Shown: positions 1 through 12,459 of the stretch, piece after piece
How the letters are laid out: the number at the start of each line of letters is the position of its first letter
How positions within the stretch are numbered: position 1 is the first letter of the stretch
Assembly (NCBI GenBank): GCA_951406725.2
Contig: OX597824.1
Location: 20,460,001 to 20,524,000, forward strand
Length of the DNA: 64,000 nucleotides
From: Octopus vulgaris
Lineage: Eukaryota
Reading direction: 5' to 3'
The notes under the pieces: model-generated
Seen by the model: the letters and a program-made list of their open reading frames with translations, nothing else
Told to the model about the DNA's origin: nothing
Database searches by the model: none
Made by a program: the position numbers and the translations under genes

Positions 1-1515
1 AGGGCATCCACCTGTAAAACTCATGCAGGACGAAAAACTGACAACTTCCACAGGTGTCTTTACCTACCTGATGGTAATGGACCTCTACAGGTGGTGAAAT
101 AATGGGTGTCCATCCAATCATACAGTCATGAAGTGTATGTGTACACACACATGCATGCATGCACGCGCATGGGGAAGGTTGACTGGCTTCGAAGTTTCTC
201 CAATGGTGAGCTTTGTCAGATTGTCTGATGAAGCCAGCTACCATCAAAACTTGAAGCCACTTTCAATGTTTTCCTTATATAAACGAACCTTATTCTCTAA
301 CTATATATCAATGAGTTTCAGTGAATGTGCACACACACACACACATATGCGTGTGTCTTGTTTTGCAATAGGACAAATTTATATTTAATCTCAAACCAAA
401 GCAAGGCTCAATAACCTCACTACCTCCATGGAAACATGTTTGGCCATTGAGCTTGTTTGTATTTGAAGGATTAAAGGAAATAATTCTTCGCTTGGCAACG
501 GGAAGAGCATTCATCCATAGAAAAATCTGCTCCAATGTGTTTTAAGAGAACCATGCAAACCTAGAAAGGTGGACATTGAAATGGTGATAATATGTGTGTG
601 TGTGTGTGTGTGTGTGTATACAATGGCTTCCATAAAGATTCTGTCTACCGATTTCATTCACAGGGCAACGGTTAGCTGAAGGCTATAGTAAAAGATACTT
701 ACCTAAGGTACCAGGCAGAGGGATTGAACCTGAAAAATATGGAGTTACAAAGTGATCTTCTTAACCATACAACCGTACCAATTATATATTTATATGATAA
801 TGATTTAAATTTTTTTTTAATTCCACAGAAAAATCTCGGTGAGCACTTCAAGAAAGAAAGGCATTTTGAAAAACTCCCCCCTATATTCCAGCTGAAGAAT
901 AAACTGCCTTCTCTTGATATTCTAGATGCTTCCGAATCTACTGGCCTTGCCAATCTTTTCTGCGTTGACGCAACCAAGTAATGGCAGTTTGTAAGCTAGC
1001 CATGGCCACCACCTGCCAACCAAGTCTTTACTTAAAAAAAAAAAAAATAATAACAATAAAACGAAAAATATACCTCCATGCTGTAACAAGAAATAACTGC
1101 TGTGGAATCGAAAATGCTCAAACTGTGCTGGGAACTGAAAAATTTGAATGAGAGAGAGAGAGAGAAGAACGAGATCTTAAATCATTGGAAGTTTTTGAAA
1201 AACACAAAAGAAACCGCAAAAAAAATGTCTCATTGTGTGTGTGTATGTGTGTGTGTGTGTGTGTCTGTGTGTGTGTGTTGAAGAGACCTGCTCTGTGATG
1301 TCAGACCATGGCATCACAATGTTTGCCCCCAACTACAGAGACCTCTTAATGCAGTCTAGCATTGATGTTGGCTACAAACAACATTATCTGTGATTTTACT
1401 TCGTGTCATTCATTAAAAAATAAGGGCAAAAAATCTTTCAAAATGTCTTTTTTTTTTTCTGGTTTGTGTTTGAGTATTGTGTTGTCGCCTTGACTTTGCT
1501 GCACTGTGTGATATC

Positions 1516-1935
1516 TATTTCTTTATTGCCCACAAGGGGCTAAACACAGAGGGGACAAACAAGTACTGACAAAACGGATTAAGTCAATTACGTCGATCCC
1601 AGTGCGTCACTGGTACTTATTTAATCGACCCCGAAAGGATGAAAGGCAAAGTTGACCTCGGCGGAATTTGAACTCAGAACATAAAGACAGACGAAATACC
1701 TATTTCTACTTCTTTATTGCCCACAAGGGGCTAAACATAGAGGGGACAAACAAGTACAGACAAACGGATTAAGTCGATTATGTCGACCCCAGTGCACCAC
1801 TGGTACTTATTTAATCGACTCCGAAAGGATGAAAGGTAAAGTCGACCTCGGCGGAATTTGAACTCAAAACACAGCGGCAGACGAAATACCACAAAGCATT
1901 ACACCTGGCATGCTAACGTTTCTGCCAGCTCCGCC
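1516..1935 (-). mobile_element. tRNA-derived SINE family A, head-to-tail dimer
   Basis: Reverse complement has a head with A box (TGGCAGAAACGTTAGC) and B box (GAGTTCAAATTCC), the central GCCTTTCATCCTTTCGGGGTCGAT block and the tail TTTAGCCCCTTGTGGGCAATAAAG; two body units; imperfect TSD tgca(c/t)tgt(g/a)tgatatc. Confidence 0.85.
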
Positions 1936-1950
1936 TTTGCATTGTATGAT

Positions 1951-2640
1951 ATCATCATCATCATCATCATCGTTTAATGTCCGCTTTCCATGCTAGCATG
2001 GGTTGGACGATTTGACTGAGGACTGGCGAACCAGATGGCTGCACCAGGCTCCAATCTTAATCTGGCAGAGTTTCTACAACTGGATGCCCTTCCTAACGCC
2101 AACCACTCTGAGTGTTTAGTGGGTGCTGGGCCAGTCAGGCGGTACTGGCAACGGCCACACTCAAATGGTGTTTTTTCCGTGCCACCTGCACAGGAGCCAG
2201 TCCAGCGGCACTGGCAATGACCTCGCTCGAATGTTTTTTCACGTGCCACCGGCAGAAGTGCCAGTAAGGCGACACTGATAACAATCACACTCAAATGGTG
2301 TTTTTTATGTGCCACCTGCACAGGAGCCAGTCCAGCGGCACTGGCAACAACCTCGCTTGAATGTTTTTTCATGTGCAAGTAAGGCGACACTGATAACGAT
2401 CACACTCGAATGGTGCTTTTTATCATCATCATTTAACATCCGTTTTCCATGCTGGCATGGGTTAGACGGTTTGACAGGAGCAGACTCCAATTGTAACTTT
2501 GATAGGTTTCGTCCAGTATAGGCCCAGGCCATGTCTTACTTAATAGCACCACCGTCTGTTTTGGCATGGCTTCTACAGTTGGATGCCCTTCCTAATGCCA
2601 ACCACTTTGCAGAGTGAACTGGGTCCTTTTAACATGGCAC
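1951..2640 (-). mobile_element. SINE family C cluster, (GAT)n-tailed, with internal duplications
   Basis: Recurrent block CTGGATGCCCTTCCTAACGCCAACCAC and (CAT)n-CGTTTAA end, also seen at 5178-5460, 5797-5990 and, inverted, at 7690-7942. Confidence 0.75.
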
Positions 2641-2831
2641 CAGAATGTCAGTGACACACGTGGCGTCTTTTGTTTCCACTTTTCTGTGAAAATATGTCAG
2701 GGCGTGGGGAAATATTACATTGCTTGGAAAGAGATGAGGGTTAGCAACAGGAAGAGCACCTGGCCAAAGAACATCTAACCCATGCAAGCATTAAAATGTT
2801 GATGGTGGTGATGATGATGATGATAATGTGT

Positions 2832-3155
2832 AGAGGTGCATGGCTATGTGGTTAGAGTGTTCAGCTGATGACCCAAAGGTCATGAGTTCGATTCCTGGTG
2901 GTACACTGTGTCCTTGAGCAAGACACTTTATTTCACGTTGCTCCACTACACTCAGCTGGCAGAAATGAGTTGTACCTGTTTTTCAAAGGACCAGCCTTGT
3001 CACATTCTGTATCATGCTGAATCTCCCTGAAGATTACATTAAAGGTGTGTATGTCTGTGGAGTACTCAGCCACTTGCACATTAATTTCACGAGCAGGCTG
3101 TTCCATTGATCGGATCAACTGGAACCCTCAGCTTTATAACCGGTGGAGTGCCAGC
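2832..3155 (+). mobile_element. tRNA-headed CORE-type SINE family D
   Basis: A/B boxes (TGGCTATGTGG...GAGTTCGATTCC), CORE-like TGTGTCCTTGAGCAAGACACTTTA, tail GATCGGATCAACTGGAACCCTC; second copy at 58830-59147. Confidence 0.75.
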
Positions 3156-4462
3156 TTTTAATGTGTAGGGAGTGAATTAGCAGAGACTCTTTTTTTTTGT
3201 AGGCGGAGGGTCAACTTAACCCTTTCATCCTTCCACGGTCAGTAAATGAAGTGCCAGTCTGGAGCAATGAACTAGCAGAATCATCAGAGCATTGGACAGG
3301 ATGCCTTGCAATATTTGTTATGGCTCTTTACGTTCTGAGTTCAAATCCTGCCAGAGCCAGCTTTACTTTGCTTTTCTATCCTTCCAAGATCAATAAACAA
3401 AGTACGTGTGTGGCACGGTGGACGAATGGAATTATTAGAGCGATGTCTTGCATTTTGAGTTCAAATTCTGCTGGGGTCAGCTTTGTGTCGTTATCCTTCC
3501 AGGATTAGTAAAGTACTAGTCCACAGCGGTGGACTGATGGAATCAGTGAAACATTGGATGGGATGCTTTGTGACATCTATTCTGGCTCTTTCGGTTCTGA
3601 GTTCAAATCCTACCATGGCCTGCTTCGGTGATATAAGCTCCATTAAATACATCCTGGTCATTTGTTGCTGTTTGGTTTAGCCTGAGGTGGTCAGTGATGC
3701 ACCAGAAGATTAATGACCAATAGCGTTCCACCCATGGCCAACAAGTCATTTTTTTTTTTTAACCAAACATTATCTAATTCAAAAACCGGAATAAACACGA
3801 TGGGAGGAAGAAGTGGAGTTTAGCATTTCAAGAAGAATTCTTTGTGGATGAGAACGACAAACTGGTGTAGAAGGACGTGTGTGTGTGTGTATATCGTTTT
3901 AACGTCTACTTTTCCATGCTTGCATGGGTCAGGCTGAATTTCGTTGTCAGGTATATTACCACCAGATGCCACATTTTGTTGTCAACCCTCACCTGTTTCC
4001 AGGTAAGGTAATATTTCGCCATGACTAGACATGTTTTTCTTGAAAGATTGGAGACGAAGGACAGCGCTTGTATGCCATGATGCTCATATCTTTCACAAGA
4101 TGTCGAGACACACTCACATCTTACGGGCTTCTTTAAGTTTCCGTCTGCCATATCTGCTCACAAGCGCATCTAAATTTTCCAAAAGATATAAAATAGAAAC
4201 TAAAGAAAAGATAACTTTGGTCAACTTTTTTCACAAGTATTGAATATATACAGAGTTGTGTCCCTTTATAAGAAAATGGTAAAAGTTATTCGACAAGTCG
4301 AAATTGACAAAATAAGGAGCGAACCTGGAACGATTTCTGTTCCAGCATGGGCGCAATCTGATAATTGAAACCAATGAAATTCTTGCAAAAATTAAAATAA
4401 ATATAAATTCATTACATTTGGCATATTCTATATAACTTAAATATTTTATCATAGAAGTACAC

Positions 4463-4838
4463 AGGCGCAGGAGTGGCTGTGTGGTAAGTAGCCTGCTAAC
4501 CAACCACATGGTTCCGGGTTCAGTCCCACTGCGTGGCATCTTGGGCAAGTGTCTTCTGCTATAGCCCCGGGCCGACCAATGCCTTGTGAGTGGATTTGGT
4601 AGACGGAAACTGAAAGAAGCCTGTCGTATATATATGTTTGTGTGTCTGTGTTTGTCCCCCTAGCATTGCTTGACAACCGATGCTGGTGTGTTTACGTCCC
4701 CATCACTTAGCGGTTCGGCAAAAAGAGACCGATAGAATAAGTACTGGGCTTACAAAGAATAAGTCCTGGGGTCGATTTGCTCGACTAAAGGCGGTGCTCC
4801 AGCATGGCCGCAGTCAAATGACTGAAACAAGTAAAAGA
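4463..4838 (+). mobile_element. tRNA-derived CORE-type SINE family B, full length
   Basis: GGCGCAGGAGTGGCTGTGTGGTAAG head, GGTTCAGTCCC B box, CORE-like CTTGGGCAAGTGTCTT, internal (TA)n(TG)n, 3' GCTCCAGCATGGCCGCAGTCAAATGACTGAAACAAGTAAAAG; more than 10 copies in the window. Confidence 0.9.
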
Positions 4839-5177
4839 AAAGAGTATACAGACGAACGATAAAGAAGTTCCTTCACAATTCCGAAGTCAGGGGTTCGATC
4901 ACATTGCGTGGCATCTTAAGCTAGAGTCCTTTTACTGTAGTCCCCATACCTTGTTATGGAAACTGTATGGAAGCTCGTCGAATGGATTGTACTTGTAATT
5001 CAAATGTACATCTTTCTCATACTGATTCAGTTATAGATAGGTAACGTATCTGTGGTATATTCAGCTACATCCATGTTGATTCAGTAAGTAGCTAGTTCAG
5101 TTAATTGGACGACTCACTGTTCATCGTTGAAACCGACGGAGTTTTGCATTTCTTTATTTCTTAAAAACTTTTTGTCT

Positions 5178-5460
5178 CATCATCATCATCATCGTTTAAC
5201 GTTCGTTTTCCGTGCTAGCATGGGTTGGACGGTTCGATCGGGGTCTGGGAAGCCAGGAGGCTGCACCAGGCTCCAGTCTAATCTGGCAGTGTTTCTACAG
5301 CTGGATGCCCTTCCTAACGCCAACCACTCCGTGAGTGTAGTGGGTGCTTTTTACGTGCCACTGGCACTGAAGCCAGTCAAGGCGGCGCTGGTATCGGCCA
5401 CGTTCGGATGGTGCTTTTTACGTGCCACTGGCACAGGGATCACAACTACAATTTCCATTG
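5178..5460 (-). mobile_element. SINE family C copy
   Basis: Near reverse complement of 7690-7942; (CAT)n tail. Confidence 0.8.
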
Positions 5461-6011
5461 GTTTTTGATGTTGATGTACTTGACTCAATAGGTCTCCTCA
5501 AGCACAGGGTCGAAACGGTGTTTCTGTACTTGCCACCTGCACAGTTCAGCGGCACTGGCATCGGATTTGGTTCAAATTCGATTTCGATATATTTCAAAAA
5601 TAAATAGACACCATCATTTTCGAAAGATATATTTCTAGAAACAAAATAATCACGTTTGAGGCATTGAACTACTTAATCTATTACTTAGTAGACATGCTTT
5701 GTGTATGATACACCAACAGGCTTGAAGCACCAACTAGTGTCTTCACAGATAAAGCAGTATAATGAGGCGTGTCTATTTAATTTTGAGGTGTCTGTATCAT
5801 CATCTTTTAACGTCCGTTTTCCGTGCTGGTACGGGTTGGACGATTTCACCTCCGGCTGTTAAGGTCGTGGGGAGCACCAGACTTCATTGTCTGTTCTGGC
5901 ATGGTTTCTACAGCTTGATTCCCTTCCTAATGTCGACCACTTTACAGAGTGTACTGGGTGCTTTTAATGCGGAGCCAGCAGCGGTATTTGTCAAATGTAA
6001 TACTTGTTTTC

Positions 6012-6051
<40 letters not shown>

Positions 6052-6164
6052 GTATAATATAAGTTCAGCAAAATTTAGATTCAGATGAATATGGTACTTA
6101 AGTTAAAGGCACCAGAATTTTGTATGGTATTATCCATATAAATCAAATGGGGTGATTATAATCA

Positions 6165-6290
6165 AAATAAGCAACAAGGATATCCAAGGTAGAGTAGTAC
6201 AATCGTTTCATGCTACTTACAGTGTTTAATAAAATGAAGTAGCATGAAACAATTGTACTACACTACCTTGGATATCATTGTTGCTTATTT
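6165..6290. repeat. 54-bp inverted repeat with 18-bp spacer, next to (TA)n
   Basis: 6165-6218 versus 6237-6290, three mismatches. Confidence 0.85.
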
Positions 6291-6292
6291 GG

Positions 6293-6324
<32 letters not shown>

Positions 6325-6549
6325 TCTTTGGTCTCCTCTTCCCCCACTCTCTCACATTTCTCTGTCTTTCTCACTTTGCACCTCACTGATTCTGTCGCCA
6401 AGCCAATCCTTGGCACGCTCTCTTTCTTCTCCCCTCTTTAATGCCTTCTTTCTCTCTCTTCTCCCCCCTTTGGTCCCTTCATCCCTCTTTTTCTCTCTCT
6501 CTTTGATTCCTTTACCCCCTTTTTTTTCTCTCTCTTCTCTCATGTGACC

Positions 6550-6985
6550 GCTGGTCAACCAGCCTTTCGGCTTCTAACCAGCACCACGAGAACTTCGTTG
6601 TCTTCGTCTGCCGAAAAAGGCATTTTTTTCCAAATACGCCAGCTAGGCTAAGTTGAACTGTATAAAGTCGTAAGACACCCGCTGTTTTTGTCCTGTTATT
6701 ACCATTATTGTTTTTTGTATTCATATTCGTGTGGCATCGTCCGTTTTTCTGTCCTTGTTTCGTATACATTCGATCCTTTTTCTAAGAAATCTAATGCTCG
6801 TAGCTTAGTTTTTCCTTGGGGCTGGCCGGATCGGAGCGATCTCAAGATTAATCAGTCGAAATTGCGAGGATGATCCGGTTCTTGACTGAAGATTGAAGGC
6901 TTCGAATGTCCCGTCCGTGTTTTTTGTATCGTCTTCTAAATGTTTTACGTTCTTGTCCCAGTTTGTATTTTTCTACATATAATAT

Positions 6986-7000
<15 letters not shown>
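6550..7000 (+). mobile_element. Unclassified interspersed repeat ending in a TA/TACA microsatellite (possible Penelope-like 3' end)
   Basis: Segment TGACTGAAGA.TGAAGGCTT.GAATG.CCCGT shared with about 10465-10590; both run into (TA)n. Confidence 0.35.
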
Positions 7001-7018
<18 letters not shown>

Positions 7019-7689
7019 TATATATATCAGTTTCTTTCTACCAAAATTACTCATGTTGTTTTGCATTATGTGAGCCGTGATCGGGCAAAGCTATGATCAA
7101 AGGCAACCCACCTATGACCACATCGTTGTACTTTTCTCTTTTTTCTTTTTTACAGGTACAGAGTGAAGCGAAGTAGATACAACGGGGTACCTCATGCTGC
7201 TTCAAAATCACTACCCTCGCTCCAACCTCTTTGCCCCACACACACGGACAGTGTCCTCTCAGCCTTTTGTATTGCAGTTAGAATGGCCTCTACTTCTCCG
7301 ACTTCGCTGGTCTCATCCATTCATTTGTCGTCTCTCTCTCTTCCTCCTGACATTTGTATTTCGTCCGTCCACTGCATCAGTCTATGCACTAACTGCCACG
7401 CCCAGTCCTTCCCCCACCCCAGAACGCACACTCTCGGGGAAATTCTCCCAAACAGACACACCCCTTGCCTATGTTGTGCCTTCAGCCGTCAGTTTGCAAT
7501 GGTTCGAGAATAACATTAGTCGCTTATTGGCCATTGAAAAGCACTCAAAGACTATTAGATTCACTTAAACATTTATTCTTTACCCAGGGTTTCGTCACTC
7601 CATAAGAAGGAACCTCTCTTTGGACTCCTTCCACCGCTATTTGTCTATGACCAGTCATGGCCACGTAGGCCCCAGGCTGCAGGTGAAAT

Positions 7690-7942
7690 CATTTCGCCAT
7701 CGGCACGTAAAAAGCACCAACCGATCGTGGCCGATGCCAGACTCCCCTGGCACCTGTGCCGGTGGCACGTAAAAAGCACCCACTACACTCGCGGAGTGGT
7801 TGGCGTTAGGAAGGGCATCCAGCTGTAGAAACACTGCCAGATTAGTCTGGAGCCTGGTGCAGCCTCCTGGCTTTCCCAGACCCCGGTCGAACCGTCCAAC
7901 CCGTGCTAGCACGGAAAACGGACGTTAAACGATGATGATGAT
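7690..7942 (+). mobile_element. SINE family C copy
   Basis: GAGTGGTTGGCGTTAGGAAGGGCATCCAGCTGTAGAAA...GGACGTTAAAC(GAT)n. Confidence 0.8.
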
Positions 7943-8059
7943 GTCTTTGGTTGGCCTTTGATCTTGCTCGTTGTCTTAGTGTCCATTTCGTCATTTATTA
8001 TTTGTTATATAATGTCAAAATTCTTGACACTCAGCTGTAATTTTGTTGGCTGATATATA

Positions 8060-8284
8060 TTTACTCTTTTTACTCTTTTTATTAGTTTCAGTCATTTGAC
8101 TGCGGCCATGCTGGAGCACCGCCTTTAATCGAGCAACTCGACCCTGGGACTTATTCTTTTGTAAGCCCAGTACTTATTCTATCGGTCTGTTTTTCCGAAC
8201 CGCTAAGTAACGGGGACATAAGCACACCAGCATCGGTTGTCAAGCAATGCTAGGGGGACAAACACAGACACACAAACACACACA

Positions 8285-8328
<44 letters not shown>

Positions 8329-8488
8329 CGACGGGCTTCTTTCAGTTTCCGTCTACCAAATCCACTCACAAGGCTTTGGTCGGCCCGAGGCTATAGTAGA
8401 AGACACTTGCCCAAGGTGCCACGCAGTGGGACTGAACCCGGAACCATGTCGTTGGTAAACAAGCTACTTACCACACAGCCACTCCTGC
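8060..8488 (-). mobile_element. SINE family B, full length
   Basis: Reverse complement of the 4463-4838 pattern with expanded internal (TA)n. Confidence 0.9.
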
Positions 8489-8496
8489 TATATATA

Positions 8497-8725
8497 TATT
8501 TCTTTATAGCCTACGGGGGGGGGGTAAACATAGAGGGGACAAACAAGGGCAGACAAAGGGATTAAGTCGAATACATCGACTCCAGTGCGTAATTAGTACA
8601 TATTTAATCGACCCCGAAAGGATAAAAGGCAAAGTCGACCTCGGCGGAATTTGAACTCAGAATGTAACGGTAGACGGAATACTGCCAAGCATTTCGCCCG
8701 GCGTGCTAAAGGTCCTGCCAGCTCG
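8497..8725 (-). mobile_element. SINE family A monomer
   Basis: Family A head, body and tail in reverse orientation. Confidence 0.85.
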
Positions 8726-8729
8726 CGTG

Positions 8730-8769
<40 letters not shown>

Positions 8770-9130
8770 TTTCAGCTCACGAGCTCTGGCCATGCTGGGG
8801 CACCGCCATTTTAAACAACGATAGACGAAATACCGATACCGTTAAGCCTCTCACCTGGCGCGCTAATATTTCTGCCACTAGCTGCCTTATTTATATATAT
8901 ATATATATATATAGGGTTGAACAGAAAGAGCACAACGAAGAGAGAGAAAAAACGAGCGAAAGCACAGCAAACGGAAAACCAACGAGGCCACGACAGAGAA
9001 CTAGACGAAAACACAGCGAACAGAGAACTAGGCAGAAACACGATGCGCGGAAAATTCGTACCTGATATCCTCGCCAATCAACGACCCAGATATCCTAGTG
9101 GCCTCGCGCTTTTAACATTGGTTATATATA

Positions 9131-10221
9131 CACGAAGTGCATTCTAGAAGTTCTGAGACTTTTTCCAGGGAGGCATTTATTAATTTGAATCGTCTGAATT
9201 CAATGCTCTTGTTGCATCGCTTCAGTCACCTCGCGAAAGTCCCATAGAAATCCTCCATGGTGAAGGTGTCCAGTACCCTTGTCACAGCCTTTCATCTTCT
9301 CAGTGTCGTCAAAGCGACTGCCCCCGAGGCTCTCCTTCAGCTTGGGGGACGACAAAAAGTCATAGGGAGCAAGGCCTGGACTATAAGAGTGGGTGAGGAA
9401 CAGTTCTGATACCGCTTTCAAGAATGCGACAAGCGGTGTTTAGCAGAGTGTTTTCAAAGTGCAAAGTGCTGTTACAGCCGTCTCCTTCAATCTTTAATAT
9501 GTCAGACGTTGGCAGGTCAGCTTATTAGATTTATAGTAATGACTAGCTGTATCACCCGGCGTTGCTCGGGTTTGTAAGGGAAATAACTATATAAGCATTT
9601 TTAGAGAGTTATAGCAAAAAATAGAAAAAATGCATTAGAAAAAGGAAAAAAATTATGGTAATTTTTTTTTAAATCGTTGACTCATCGTAGACATTTTTAG
9701 AGAGTTACTTCCCTTATATAATAGCGAAAAAATGCATTAAAGTGGAAACAAAATTATGGTAAATTTTTTTTTAAATCGTTGACTCATCGTAGACATTTTT
9801 AGAGAGTTAATTCCCTTATATAATAGCGAAAAAAATGCATTAAAATGGAAAAAAATGATGGTAATTTTTTTTAAAATCGTTGACTCATCGTAGACATTTT
9901 TAGACAGTTACTTCCCTTATATAATAGCGGAAAAATGCATTAAAATGGAAGAAAATGATGGTAATTTTTTTTTTAAATCGTAGACTCATCGTAGACGCGC
10001 GCTAATACCCAGAAGGGCTCGATATGAATCACGACTATAAGATACCCGCTTTTGGTTAAACTGCACCGCAAAATGTGGGAGTAGTTAGGAATCTAAATCG
10101 TAGGAGACAGACACACAACCTTACTTTTATATATAAAGATATACTACGATTACAATAATCTATATCAGTCGTAACTGCCTCTCCTATAAAAATTCTCAAA
10201 ACTTCTGGAATCCTCCTCATG
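9131..10221 (-). mobile_element. Decayed, internally deleted mariner element interrupted by a Helitron
   Basis: Imperfect ~28-bp TIRs (CACGAAGTGCATTCTAGAAGTTCTGAGA and its reverse-complement match at 10194-10221); ORF 9200-9421 has HSYSPGLAPYDF..PKLKE, matching the mariner YSPDLAPxDF motif. Confidence 0.75.
9543..10139 (-). mobile_element. Non-autonomous Helitron with internal ~120-bp tandem repeats
   Basis: On the minus strand: 5' TC, 3' CTAG, subterminal hairpin CCCGAGCAACGCCGGG, inserted between A and T with no TSD. Confidence 0.85.
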
Positions 10222-10809
10222 CATATACATATTCTTTTGCTCTTTTACTTGTTTCAGGCGCTTGACTGCGGCCATGCTGGAGCACCGTCTCAAAGGATTT
10301 TAGTCGAAGAACTCGATCCTAGGACTTATTCTTTGTAAGTCCATTACTTATTTTATTGGTCTCTTTTGCCGAACCGCTGCATTATGGGGACGTAAATACA
10401 CCAACATCGGTTGTCAAGCGATGGTGGACACACACACACACACATACACACATACATACATACAAACAGCCGAAATCTGCGATGAGGGATCAGTTTCTGA
10501 CTGAAGAATGAAGGCTTTGAATGACCCGTTTGTTTTTTTGTTCGTCCCTTCGTGTATTTCACGTTATTTATTTATGTAAAGGTTTATTATATATATAGAT
10601 ATATAGATATATATATATATATATATATATGACGGGCTTCTTTCAGTTTCTGTCAATCATTTCCACTCAAGGCTTTGGTCAGCCTGGGGATATAGTAGAA
10701 GACACTTGCCTAAGGTGCCACATGGTGGAACTGAACTCTGAATCATGTGGTTGGTAAGGAAGCTACTAACCACAAGAGATCTTCTCAAGGCCCCATACTG
10801 GCAACCATA

Positions 10810-11188
10810 GGCGCGGGAGTGGCTGTGTGGTAAGTACCTTGCTTACCAACCACATGGTTCCGGGTTCAGTCCCACTACGTGGCACCTTGGACAGATGTCT
10901 TCTATAGCCTCGGGCCGACCAAAGATTTGTGAGTGGATTTGGTAGACGGAAACTGAAAGAAGCCCGTCGTATGTATGTACATATATATGTGTGTGTGTTT
11001 GTCCCCCACAACATCGCTTCACAATCGATGCTGGTGTTTTTACGTCCCCGTAACATAGCGGTTCAGCAAAAGAGCCCGATAGACTAAGTAGTAGGCTTAC
11101 AAAGAATAAGTCCTGGTGTCGATTGTCTCGACTAAAGGTGGTGCTCCAGCTTGGCCACAGTCAAATGACTGAAACAAGTAAAAGAGTA
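10810..11188 (+). mobile_element. SINE family B, full length
   Basis: Matches family B; an oppositely oriented, interrupted copy lies at about 10232-10770. Confidence 0.9.
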
Positions 11189-12459
11189 AGGTAAATCCTG
11201 CGGTATTCTCTGTTCTAATACAACCTCCAAATTAAGATGGAGATCAAGATTACCTTTTAGTATTAATATTGCTTCTATTGTTACCATTTTTTTAAAAATA
11301 CATAAGCCCACTGACTATTTACGACACTAGTTCCTGAATAGCCACCGAGATTCTATATATCGTTGACGGGAAATTCGGCCGTTGTCACGCTGCTGGATTT
11401 CTGTCACTGAAGAACTTATAGCAAGTTGAAATTACGTGATCTGGTGTTCCAGCAGCCATAGCAGACGATTCTCGTTTGTCAGCAATATAATTACGTGTGC
11501 TTCTATGCACCACGAGCCCTTATGAGAGATCCTTCGCTCGACGAAAATCTAGACACTAAATAACAAATAATAAACGTTTAAGAGAGTTTAACAGTCTGTG
11601 TTTTTTCAATGTTTACTGTGTGTTTTTCACTCAGCAATCGTATTAATTGCGTTGTTCTCAATAATTTCTTCGCTTTCAGGCTACAAGTACAGACTCTTCG
11701 AGACAAAAAAAATCAATACAATAAAATGAAATCAATAAAAAAGAAAAACCGATACATTCATTTTATATTTTCACTTAAACTATTAATAACTAAAATTTTC
11801 TTCAAGCTGTGATTTGGCAGACATTATTCTATCAAAAACTCCATATTTTTGTTTTTGTTTTGTTTTTGTTTCCAATAAAGATCGTGTTATACAACGGAGC
11901 GTGGAATCGATGTTATTTGGCTGTTCTTTTTAGCACACCGAGTGACCATTATGAGGATGACATTGATGCCGATAGAATAAGTCCTGCGGTCGATTTGCTC
12001 GACTAAAGGCGGTGCTCCAGCATGGCCGCAGTCAAATGACTGAAACAAGTAAAAGAGAGAGAAAGAGAAAGAGTAACCGACAAGTCATTGCTCACCTGTT
12101 TGTGTGGTACTTATTTTGTCGACCCTGAAAGGATAAAAGGCCAAATCAACCTCAGCAGGATTTGAACTCACAACGTAAAGATGAACAAAATGCCGCTAAG
12201 AATTTTGCCTGGCGTGGTAACGATTCTGCCAGCTCGCCACCTTATTTGTTACGAATGTTTGATATTGATTTCAAGTTTTGGCACAAGGCCAGCAATTTCG
12301 GGGGCGTGGGGTAAGTCGACTGCATCGACCCCCAGTAGTTATTTTATAAATCTCCGATGGATGAAAGGCGGAGTCGATATCGGCTGAATTTGAGCTCAGA
12401 ACCTGAGGACTGACGAAATGCCGCTAAATGAACGTTTAATACTAATATCAAATAAAAAG

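Noticed and set aside
220-260. CTGATGA hammerhead-like start
   Set aside because: No stem II pairing and AAAAC instead of GAAAC
7050-7650. GC-richer block with 116- and 124-aa ORFs and an acceptor-like site
   Set aside because: No recognisable motifs in the frames inspected; left unannotated
11403-11440. CUGAAGA-hairpin-GAAA hammerhead-like motif
   Set aside because: No valid UH cleavage site or stem III, and stem II register is off
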